A stretch of 30,809 nt of DNA, taken from a virus (taxonomy: Duplodnaviria > Caudoviricetes). The DNA lies in the IMG/VR virus record IMGVR_UViG_3300038334_000159, positions 1 through 30,809 of that record; one strand, 5' to 3'. Below the pieces are notes generated by a model, which was not told where the DNA came from, made no database searches, and was given only the letters and a program-made list of their open reading frames with translations. A program made the position numbers and the translations under genes. This document shows positions 6,926 through 14,469 of this stretch, one piece after another; the stretch's first letter is position 1; each line of letters starts with the position of its first letter.

Positions 6926-7317
6926 ATTGTACGAAATGCGGAAAGCGGATTCTTTTCATGAAGACGCAAAACGACCGAACAATGCCCGTTGATGAGCAAA
7001 TGGTGTACGTCGTGCCGGATGACAGCGCTCGACTACTTGCGGTTACACATACCGGGTATTCATTCCATGCGCGGCTTGCAAACGCGGGGGACAAGGATGC
7101 CAGGAAAGCGCATCTGACACACTGGGCAAATTGCAAGAAGCATACTCCGAACCATGTGCAAGCGGCACGGGATGAGTACGACAGGCGTCAAGAAGAAGTG
7201 ATTGACAACAAGCTCGCTTTTCAGCGCAAACGCTATGAAGAAGCGCGCCGGATCGAGCGGCAGAAGCGTGAGCCATCAGAGGTAGCCGAGCAGATTTCGC
7301 TGCTTCACTTTCTTTAG
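6922..7317 (+). CDS. Hypothetical phage protein, putative Zn-binding
   Basis: CTKCG ... HWANC, with an ATGA overlap. Confidence 0.7.
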   Translation: MNCTKCGKRILFMKTQNDRTMPVDEQMVYVVPDDSARLLAVTHTGYSFHARLANAGDKDARKAHLTHWANCKKHTPNHVQAARDEYDRRQEEVIDNKLAFQRKRYEEARRIERQKREPSEVAEQISLLHFL

Positions 7318-7393
7318 GAAATAAACATCTAAACAAAAAAACCGAGTTGATGTATTCACATAACTCAGGTTGGGAACATCTGACAGCAGGTTT

Positions 7394-7939
7394 CTATTCA
7401 ACGTTGTTTTCAGATAGAGAGTGGAAGAAATCATGAATCTTATTAAGCATTCTTGCCATAAGGCTGAATATTCCCATTAGTATCGCAAGAGAGATAGCAA
7501 GGATAAGATAAAAAGTTAGATTGTCGATAAAAGTTGATGACTTAGCAAGTTGAGATTGGTAAATAACCTTGAAACAAAACAAAGCAAAGCAAATTGTAAG
7601 TGCCAAATTAAAGTATGAGCATAGGATTGCGATTAGTGAAGAACGTGGAGTTGCAAGAAGGCAAGTTTCAAATACGTTGAACAGAAAGAAAAAAACAATT
7701 GCAAGAGCGAGGTTTCGAGAATATGTATAACCATCAATTTTAAGTAAGCAAGCTAGCCAAAATCTGAAAGAGGCGAAATAATTGAAAGCTGCTATGAAAA
7801 GCGTGATCAGAAGGAGCACATGGGAGAACTCGAAAACAAAAAAGGACATTTTTGTGCCATGTGACAAATAAGTATAGTACAGCGCTATTAGGGCAAATAG
7901 TGCTCCAATTAATAAATTAAGGCTAAGTTCTTCATTCAT
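7394..7939 (-). CDS. AT-rich polytopic membrane protein (moron)
   Basis: 181 aa with about five hydrophobic segments. Visibly lower GC than flanking genes. Own promoter. Confidence 0.7.
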   Translation of the reverse strand: MNEELSLNLLIGALFALIALYYTYLSHGTKMSFFVFEFSHVLLLITLFIAAFNYFASFRFWLACLLKIDGYTYSRNLALAIVFFFLFNVFETCLLATPRSSLIAILCSYFNLALTICFALFCFKVIYQSQLAKSSTFIDNLTFYLILAISLAILMGIFSLMARMLNKIHDFFHSLSENNVE

Positions 7940-7945
7940 ATGACA

Positions 7946-7973
7946 ATTATATGAGAACTGTTGTCAAAGTCAA
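7946..7973 (-). promoter_or_regulatory. Sigma-A promoter of the 7939 gene, probably leaderless
   Basis: Minus-strand TTGACT (7973-7968), 16 bp, TATAAT (7951-7946). Only 6 nt separate it from the ATG. Confidence 0.6.
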
Positions 7974-8088
7974 TACTACAGAGAAATGTAATTAAATCAT
8001 CGGGTCAAGAACAGGTCTATGACAAAACCTTTTTTAGATCTCAACCGAACTAGATTAGTAATGAAATAAAAACTGGAGACACTGACGC

Positions 8089-8361
8089 ATGAAAAAGAAA
8101 AGAAACGGAACGCAGCAGATAAAGAAACATTCGCTTTGCTGGACGTGCCTGCGCTCTCGTCCGATACCGGGCATTGGATGCTCGTGGTCGCGCCTGTATC
8201 ACCCAGTCAAAGGATGGGACGCGGAAGCGACAACGATCAAGAGCACGCGAAAAAGCGGAACAATCACATACGGATCATATCGCGTCTGTGCGTGTCCGCT
8301 CTATATCGAAGAGAGAAATGTGCAGACCAATGATTTCACGTTTGAAGAACAGAGGGCATAA
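8089..8361 (+). CDS. Cys-rich hypothetical phage protein
   Basis: GGAG RBS. LCWTC...GCSWS...PVKGWDA...YRVCACP. Confidence 0.65.
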   Translation: MKKKRNGTQQIKKHSLCWTCLRSRPIPGIGCSWSRLYHPVKGWDAEATTIKSTRKSGTITYGSYRVCACPLYIEERNVQTNDFTFEEQRA

Positions 8362-8387
8362 CGCGCTGCGCGCGGGAGGACTAGACC

Positions 8388-8660
8388 ATGCCGGAAGAAT
8401 CCTATAGTTTTAGCAAAAGTCATTTCATGCGAATTGACGTCGACGAAATCAAAGGCCGGAAAACGCCGATTTTCCGCATTGCGGAGATAACCACGCTTGG
8501 AGAGCTGGGCGAAATCAAGTGGCATACGCCGTGGCGCGCGTTTTGTTTCTTTCCAGAGGGCAGTTGCGTATTTGATAGCGGATGTCTCGCAAAGATCGTG
8601 GAGTGGGTACGGGCAGCGAACGAGCAGTATAAGAGCGCGCGCAGAAATGAGAGCATATAA
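8388..8660 (+). CDS. Hypothetical phage protein
   Basis: GGAGG RBS. LGEIKWHTPWRAFCFFP...FDSGCL. Confidence 0.7.
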   Translation: MPEESYSFSKSHFMRIDVDEIKGRKTPIFRIAEITTLGELGEIKWHTPWRAFCFFPEGSCVFDSGCLAKIVEWVRAANEQYKSARRNESI

Positions 8661-8685
8661 ATCTAGAATTATTGGCGATGACATA

Positions 8686-9084
8686 TTAAGGCTTTTGCCT
8701 AGGAGGTTCTCTCGTTAGCAAGCTGATGATTATATCAAGACGTTTATAACTGTCGGAGGTTTCATTGCGAAACTGTTCCTCTAACGCTTGAATTTCAACT
8801 CTGCATTTCTCGGACACGTAAAGCTGGACTTCATGATAGTTCTTAGTTTGAGAATATGTTCGTTCATATGCAGCTGAATCCGGATCGTTTAAGATTGCTG
8901 TTTGAATTGATGCAGCTGCAATGTAATCTTCGATGATCTTCGCGCGATGCTCGTAATAGTTTTCACGGTAAAATTTCTTGCTCTCCTGAGAACCGTTAAT
9001 CCAAGAAGTAAGAACAGGACTTGCGACAGAAATCGCAACAGCACAAAGCGCAATTATTAGTTCCCAATTAATACTCGTTTCCAT
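8686..9084 (-). CDS. Membrane-anchored hypothetical protein (moron)
   Basis: AGGAGG RBS before the ATG at 9084. N-terminal TM (LIIALCAVAISVASPVL) then a helical domain. Extended -10 TGGTATAAT (9112-9104). Confidence 0.75.
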   Translation of the reverse strand: METSINWELIIALCAVAISVASPVLTSWINGSQESKKFYRENYYEHRAKIIEDYIAAASIQTAILNDPDSAAYERTYSQTKNYHEVQLYVSEKCRVEIQALEEQFRNETSDSYKRLDIIISLLTREPPRQKP

Positions 9085-9165
9085 AGTTACCTCCTTTTTG
9101 GCGATTATACCACTAATTTTGGTTTTGAAACATACACGCAATACAATGCAGAAACGGAGAAGGTT

Positions 9166-9495
9166 ATGAAAGAATCCATGAAAGCCCTATGCGCCGATAT
9201 CGAGGCGGCAGGAGAAAAGGAACTCGCGCGCGCGGCTGCGATGTTCGGGGAGACCAACAACAGCCCACACGAAAGCTACGCGGTCATTCTCGAAGAGTTT
9301 CAAGAGGCGCAGACCGATGGCCGCATGTTTGAACATAATATTGACTTCTACTGGGACGCTGTGAAGAAGAACGACGAAAAGAACCAAGACGTTTGGCTCA
9401 AAGAGATGAAGGAAAAAGCACTGCGCGCGGCAATTGAATGGACGCAAGTGTATGCAATGTGCGCCAAAGCACTCAAGAAAAAAGAGAACAATTAA
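9166..9495 (+). CDS. Hypothetical protein, possible MazG-like all-alpha nucleotide pyrophosphohydrolase fold
   Basis: SPHESYAVILEEFQEA ... EKALRAAIEWTQVYAM acidic helical motif. GGAG RBS. Confidence 0.55.
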   Translation: MKESMKALCADIEAAGEKELARAAAMFGETNNSPHESYAVILEEFQEAQTDGRMFEHNIDFYWDAVKKNDEKNQDVWLKEMKEKALRAAIEWTQVYAMCAKALKKKENN

Positions 9496-9504
9496 GCAAA
9501 ACCC

Positions 9505-9775
9505 GCTTCCTTATTTATAAGGAAGCTTTACTACAGGATAAAAATCGAACATGGTTTCTGGTTTATTTGAACCTTGTATACGGTGATAACATCTCGGACT
9601 AAGTATGTAGAACGTACATACACACACCAACCAGAGAGTTGGCGTAGCCAGTAATCGCGAAGCGCGTTCCCTTAGCAGTAGTCGGTGGGCAGAGTGGGCA
9701 ATGTGGATAAGTCTTACGCACCTTATCCACATTGTCTCACGCTATCCACCGACCAAGAACCACGACCACTCTGCC
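9505..9775. other. Hairpin-rich intergenic region with inverted DnaA boxes, candidate replication origin
   Basis: Palindromes at 9505-9526, 9603-9621, 9627-9642 and 9656-9664. 13-bp stem 9699-9711/9722-9734 containing TGTGGATAA and TTATCCACA. Confidence 0.55.
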
Positions 9776-9788
9776 GGAGGTGAAAACC

Positions 9789-10664
9789 GTGAAAAAGCAA
9801 CAGTACGTAGCAGAACGCTACGAGGCGATATATGACAAGGACACTCGCGAGGATTTTCTTGACGCAATCAATCACCCAAGCGTAAAGACCTACCGCAACA
9901 AAGCGCAGTTCTGCGGGGACATCCTCGAAAGCGACGTTTGCGCAACGTGGAACGCAAAGAGCCAGGCATCAGCGGCAAAAGCTGCTATGCGCGAGCAAAG
10001 CCCGGAGACCATCGAGAACAGAAACAACCGCAACGCCGAGCGCAGGATCACGCAGCTGCTCAATACGAATTTCAGAACAGGCGACTATGCCATGTATCTG
10101 ACGTTCCGCAGTGAACCGAAAAACTGGGACGAAGCACACAAAGCGTTGGAGTGGTACATAAAAGCACTGCGCAAAGCCTATAAAGCAGCGGGGAAAGAGC
10201 TTTTTTACCTGTACGTCTACGAGTGTGCGAACAAGGACGGAGAAACAGTTCGCCAGCACTTCCACATTTTCATCAATGGCGATATTGAACGCGATTTTGC
10301 CGAAGACCTGTGGCGGAAGAAGTACGGGAAAGCCAATGGCACGAGACTAGAGCAGGACGAATATGGTTTGACCGGGTTTGGTTGCTACGTTCTCAAAGCC
10401 CCGCGTGGGGTAAAGAACCTGCGCAGGTGGGCTGGCAGCCAAAACTTAAAAGAGCCGGACGTGAAAAAGAGCACACGGCTGCCATCCGGCCAGCGGCTCA
10501 GCAAAAAGCTGATGATGGATATCTTGTCCGGCAAGAAAGACGTAAAAGAGGTTTTTGAGCGTGCATACAAGGGGTATATCTTCGTGGACGCGCGCACGAA
10601 ATACAGCCAGTACGCCAGCGGCGTATATCTCTATGTGCGAATGCGCAAGATCAAACGAGAATGA
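9789..10664 (+). CDS. HUH-superfamily (rolling-circle-type) replication initiator-like protein
   Basis: Motif I YLTF, motif II QHFHIFI (HUH) and motif III YVLK in the correct order. GGAGGTG RBS before the GTG at 9789. Confidence 0.75.
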   Translation: MKKQQYVAERYEAIYDKDTREDFLDAINHPSVKTYRNKAQFCGDILESDVCATWNAKSQASAAKAAMREQSPETIENRNNRNAERRITQLLNTNFRTGDYAMYLTFRSEPKNWDEAHKALEWYIKALRKAYKAAGKELFYLYVYECANKDGETVRQHFHIFINGDIERDFAEDLWRKKYGKANGTRLEQDEYGLTGFGCYVLKAPRGVKNLRRWAGSQNLKEPDVKKSTRLPSGQRLSKKLMMDILSGKKDVKEVFERAYKGYIFVDARTKYSQYASGVYLYVRMRKIKRE

Positions 10665-10691
10665 CAAAAAACAAAAAAGGATGTGCAGAAC

Positions 10692-11459
10692 ATGAAAACA
10701 GTCTCAATCATCAACCTCAAAGGCGGAGTTGCAAAGACGGTATCCGCAATCAACATCGCCGCCGTGCTCGTGAAGGAACACCAAAAGCGGGTGCTGCTCG
10801 TCGATGCAGACAAGCAAGCGAACACGTCTAAATTCTTTGGCTTGCATGACGAGGGAAAGCCGAGCCTGTCCGATCTGCTGACGATGCGAAACACAGCGCG
10901 CGAAATCATCCGGCCTACGTCTATGCCGGGACTGGACATTATTCCGGCAAACATGTCTTTGCTCGTCGCGGACAAGCAAGTTTTGCTAGATGTGCAGACC
11001 CCGCAGCAGACACGTTTGCGCGATGAGCTGGAGGAAGTGCGGGAAGACTATGACTTTTGCGTGATCGACAACGCGCCAGACCTCAATATGACGGCGGTCA
11101 ACGCTCTGGTTGCTAGCAACGATGTCATGATCCCGATCAAGATCGATCGTTTCGCGTTCGACGGAATGCCTATACTCGTGGATCAAATCAACCGTCTCAA
11201 AAAGTCGTTCAACCGTGATTTGCGAATTGCCGGATGCTTTGTGACGATCATGGAGCGCAACAAGGTCAACACGCAGGGCATCGACGTTCTGGATCGTCGC
11301 ATGATCGCAGATTTTCCGATGTTCAAAACGGTGATCCGCAAAACGGTCAAGGTTAGCGAGATGACGTTTCTTGGTAGCGCGTTGATTGAATACGCGCCGA
11401 GGAGCACCGCCGCGCAGGATTACGTGCGGTTGGTCAATGAGTATTTGGAAATGTGCTAA
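10692..11459 (+). CDS. parA: ParA/Soj-family ATPase
   Basis: Deviant Walker A NLKGGVAKT, VLLVDADKQAN, and YDFCVIDNAP. Confidence 0.93.
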   Translation: MKTVSIINLKGGVAKTVSAINIAAVLVKEHQKRVLLVDADKQANTSKFFGLHDEGKPSLSDLLTMRNTAREIIRPTSMPGLDIIPANMSLLVADKQVLLDVQTPQQTRLRDELEEVREDYDFCVIDNAPDLNMTAVNALVASNDVMIPIKIDRFAFDGMPILVDQINRLKKSFNRDLRIAGCFVTIMERNKVNTQGIDVLDRRMIADFPMFKTVIRKTVKVSEMTFLGSALIEYAPRSTAAQDYVRLVNEYLEMC

Positions 11460-11469
11460 TAATTAGCAC
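11453..11469. promoter_or_regulatory. Palindrome between parA and parB, candidate parS or operator
   Basis: GTGCTAAT-A-ATTAGCAC with perfect 8-bp arms. Confidence 0.45.
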
Positions 11470-11486
11470 GCGAAAGGAGAAAGACG

Positions 11487-12416
11487 ATGGCAAAACAATC
11501 AGGATTCAGCATTCTAAGCACGCTTAACCCGCAGAGTTTACCGGGCGAAGAACGCGCCGCAAATGAATTCGTCGTTGAGATGATCCCGTTGAAGGAGATC
11601 GAACCGAACGCGGACAATTTTTACAACACCGAGGATATCGAGGCTCTTGCAGAGGACATCAAGCAAAACGGTCTCATGCACAACATTGTGGTTGGCAAGC
11701 GCGGGGATAACGGACAATACACGCTCATCAGCGGCGAGCGCCGATACAGGGCGTTTACGCTGCTCAACTCACAGGGCAACGCAGGGTATAAAACAATACC
11801 GGCAGTCGTTGACGGTGAGAAAAATCCGCTGCTGGTCAAACTCAAACTCATCAGCGCAAATGCAACAGCGCGCGAGCTGTCAGACTACGAGAAGTCAGAA
11901 CAGGCGGCGCAGATCGAGCAGATTGCAAAGCAACTCAAACAGCAGGGGTTGGAACTTCCGGGGCGCGCGCGGGACATCACGGCGCAGGTTCTCGGAGTAT
12001 CGCCAGCACAGGCCGGGCGGCTTACACGTATTGCGCACGATCTTGTGCCGGAGGTCAAAGAAAAGTTTGCTGCTGGTGATATCGGGGTGACTGAGGCTTA
12101 CGATGTGGCGACGCTGCCGCCAGAGCAGCAGGTGCAGGTGGTCGAGGCGCGCGCAGCAAAGCAAGCGGAACCGAAAGCAACGGGCACCGCGCAGCCAGCC
12201 AAGCCGCAGAAACCAGTGCAGCAAGCTGGTGAGCGGGAGAAAACCCGCAACAAGACGACTACTTGGATGGACGGTTTTGAGCATGACACCGAATTGATGA
12301 GTACGGCACTATGTTTGGAACACTGGAATGAGATGGCGTGCCATCCGACAGAGTTCAAGTTCCTAAAATCGCTCGTACTCCAAGAGGCGGCCATGCGGAA
12401 GAGGAGGGCAGAGTGA
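11487..12416 (+). CDS. parB: ParB/Spo0J-family partition protein
   Basis: LAEDIKQNGLMHNIVV, the GERRYRA arginine patch, and an HTH region (TAQVLGVSPAQAGR). Follows parA. Confidence 0.9.
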   Translation: MAKQSGFSILSTLNPQSLPGEERAANEFVVEMIPLKEIEPNADNFYNTEDIEALAEDIKQNGLMHNIVVGKRGDNGQYTLISGERRYRAFTLLNSQGNAGYKTIPAVVDGEKNPLLVKLKLISANATARELSDYEKSEQAAQIEQIAKQLKQQGLELPGRARDITAQVLGVSPAQAGRLTRIAHDLVPEVKEKFAAGDIGVTEAYDVATLPPEQQVQVVEARAAKQAEPKATGTAQPAKPQKPVQQAGEREKTRNKTTTWMDGFEHDTELMSTALCLEHWNEMACHPTEFKFLKSLVLQEAAMRKRRAE

Positions 12417-12853
12417 AGCAAATGGAACAGGGCAATGACATGAGTGCAGAAGTTGAGTTCTATCGCAATGAAGATGGCTATGGTAAATGCCCAAAGTGTG
12501 GCTTTGACGGAGTAAACGCAGGGGTTATTTACAACCATAAAGCACATACCGCTGATTGCGAAACGAAATGCTTGAGATGTGACTATGGTATGGGACAAAC
12601 GTTGCCATTCTTTGGGAAAGAATCATTAAAAAAAATACATGCATCGCTAGAAGAACAAAAAGGGTTCTGGAACAAAGCATCAGACAATCAACAAGATAGA
12701 GCGTATGGATATTTCAGAGCAGCTGATGTTATGAGAAAAAATGCAAACGAGACGTTGCAAGCGGCAGCGCGTCTTGAAAAACAAGGAAATGAGATTATCA
12801 GGCGGTTCAATCTAAACAGAGACAACAAGGAGGATGAGCATGGAACAGAGTAA
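12413..12853 (+). CDS. Hypothetical zinc-ribbon protein
   Basis: CPKCG ... CLRC. GTGA overlap with the parB stop. Confidence 0.6.
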   Translation: MKQMEQGNDMSAEVEFYRNEDGYGKCPKCGFDGVNAGVIYNHKAHTADCETKCLRCDYGMGQTLPFFGKESLKKIHASLEEQKGFWNKASDNQQDRAYGYFRAADVMRKNANETLQAAARLEKQGNEIIRRFNLNRDNKEDEHGTE

Positions 12854-13472
12854 CGACCAGCGCGCGGGAATCGACACCGCAGCAGAAACAGCCGAAGCAC
12901 TCGCGACAGTGATCGCAGATGCCAGAACAACCCTGCAAGCCTATATGGACAACGCAGGCGGCAACACGAACTATTTCAAGTCCATGGAACTGCTGCTGCG
13001 CAACTATCCGCAGCTGGCACAGTTGGTGATTGATGCTGACTTGTACATGGAGGATGCCGACCGCAAGCGGGACAAGAGCATTGTTTCGTATCGGCGCAAT
13101 GCTGGCGGGTTGCAACCGAGTGAAGCCGAGGACGAAGCAGAGCGCATCCGCGCGAGCAACTATGCGTATACGCGTGCGAGGTTCGACGAGATTGATAGTG
13201 TGGTTAAAGTGTACAAAGATCGCAAAGAGATGCGCGTGGTGCGGATGTACTACTTTGGGCAGGATGCAGACGGAAAACAAAAGCTGCCGTCTGAGAGACA
13301 GACCACGTTCGAAGACATTGCCGTTGATCTTGGGATCGATGAGAAGACCGCGCGGAGATGGCGCAGCGATCTCGTGAATGATATGGCGGTTGCTCTCTTC
13401 GGCAAATGTGCAGCCGTTGAAGCAGGAGCATATCGCGGGCAACGCAGGAGAGGGTTGACAAGCGCGAGTTAA
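12840..13472 (+). CDS. Probable late transcriptional regulator (ArpU/RinA-like, C-terminal HTH)
   Basis: VVRMYYF...TFEDIAVDLGIDEKTARRWR sigma-4-like HTH. Last gene before the packaging module. Confidence 0.75.
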   Translation: MEQSNDQRAGIDTAAETAEALATVIADARTTLQAYMDNAGGNTNYFKSMELLLRNYPQLAQLVIDADLYMEDADRKRDKSIVSYRRNAGGLQPSEAEDEAERIRASNYAYTRARFDEIDSVVKVYKDRKEMRVVRMYYFGQDADGKQKLPSERQTTFEDIAVDLGIDEKTARRWRSDLVNDMAVALFGKCAAVEAGAYRGQRRRGLTSAS

Positions 13473-13527
13473 TGCCCGAATCGTGCCCGATTGATGCCCT
13501 TGATGTTGCCGCTTAACGAGTTATAAT
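13473..13527 (+). promoter_or_regulatory. Late promoter with phased TGCCC repeats
   Basis: TGCCC at 13473, 13484 and 13495 (11-bp period), then TTGATG (13500), 16 bp, TATAAT (13522-13527). Confidence 0.6.
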
Positions 13528-13565
13528 TATTACTGTGATCTTGTGTACAAACGAGAGACACACAG

Positions 13566-13608
13566 AAAGCGCTGACCGTCTGCACATCCGGCCAGCGCTT
13601 TTTCTTTT
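13566..13608 (+). terminator. Terminator-like hairpin in the late leader
   Basis: AAAGCGCTG...CAGCGCTTT followed by TTCTTTT. Confidence 0.6.
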
Positions 13609-13619
13609 GAGGTGATCGG

Positions 13620-13967
13620 GTGACAACCGAAGATATCAGGCGATGGATTGCGGACGGCGAACTGTGGAGGTTCTACACTTCTCGCACATGGAAGCGCCTA
13701 CGCAACGAAGTCATGCGGGATTACAAAGGCGAGTGCCAAGACCATAGAGAGAAGCATGGCAAGTTCGTGGCTGCTACCATGGTGCATCACGAGAAGGAGT
13801 TGCGAGACAGACCAGACCTAGCATTGCAAAAGTTTTATATCGACGAGCAAGGGCGTAAGCATCGACAGCTTACGCCCTTGTGCGATGCATGCCATGAGAC
13901 ACGGCACCCGGAACGTCTCAAACAAAATCATAAAGCAAAAGAACCGTGGCCGGAGCGGTGGGACTGA
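13620..13967 (+). CDS. Terminase-associated HNH endonuclease
   Basis: FYTSRTWKRLR..., MVHH, LTPLCDACHETRH. Lies immediately before terS. Confidence 0.88.
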   Translation: MTTEDIRRWIADGELWRFYTSRTWKRLRNEVMRDYKGECQDHREKHGKFVAATMVHHEKELRDRPDLALQKFYIDEQGRKHRQLTPLCDACHETRHPERLKQNHKAKEPWPERWD

Positions 13968-13973
13968 AAAAAG

Positions 13974-14085
13974 CACACCCCCCGGTCGAAAAAAACGCAT
14001 TCTAAAATTTTTACCGTCTACTCGGTAGGGTTCAGGACAAAAGCGCTCTCGCGTGAGCGCGCGCGTGAAAGGGGGGGGTGGGGGT
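13974..14085. other. Probable cos (packaging) region
   Basis: Intergenic HNH-terS spacer with ACCCCCCGGTCG, CGCG-rich repeats and an inverted G-run (13976-13983 vs 14073-14080). This is the usual cos position in HK97-like phages. Confidence 0.55.
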
Positions 14086-14469
14086 ATGCCAGTAAAAGGC
14101 CGCGCCCAAGTGCAGAACTATTTGAATTGTGAGCTGTATAAAAAGATTCAAGAAGACCTAGAAAAACAGCTAATTCGTATGGGCAATGAAAGCCCTTATG
14201 CCTTTGATTTGATTCACGACTACATGGAATTTTGGGTTACCAAGTGCTTGCTGGAGGATGATATCAGGCGGCGCGGGGTTATGGTCACATACAACAATGG
14301 CGGGGGTCAGAAAGGCAAAAAGAAAAACGATTCAGTCGAATTGAAGATCAAGGTCACACAGCAAATGACGGCAATTTTAGACAAGCTCAACATCAAGACT
14401 ACACTTTTCGTGCCGGAGAACGGAGACGGAAACGGCAACAAGAGCGGTGGAGACGATGACGACCTGTGA
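14086..14469 (+). CDS. terS: Terminase small subunit (P27-like)
   Basis: LEDDIRRRGV...KKNDSV...QQMTAILDKLNI. Lies between HNH and terL. Confidence 0.88.
   Translation: MPVKGRAQVQNYLNCELYKKIQEDLEKQLIRMGNESPYAFDLIHDYMEFWVTKCLLEDDIRRRGVMVTYNNGGGQKGKKKNDSVELKIKVTQQMTAILDKLNIKTTLFVPENGDGNGNKSGGDDDDL

Noticed and set aside
8647-8718. 23-codon ORF overlapping the 8660 stop and running into the antisense moron
   Set aside because: Too short and lacks a clear RBS. Possibly a remnant, but not supportable.
13620-13967. HNH as a homing endonuclease or defence nuclease
   Set aside because: Size and position before terS match the ordinary terminase-associated HNH of cos phages.
14071-14085. G-run as a phase-variation tract or G-quadruplex
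   Set aside because: Lies upstream of the likely terS start (14086). More simply explained as part of the cos region and RBS.
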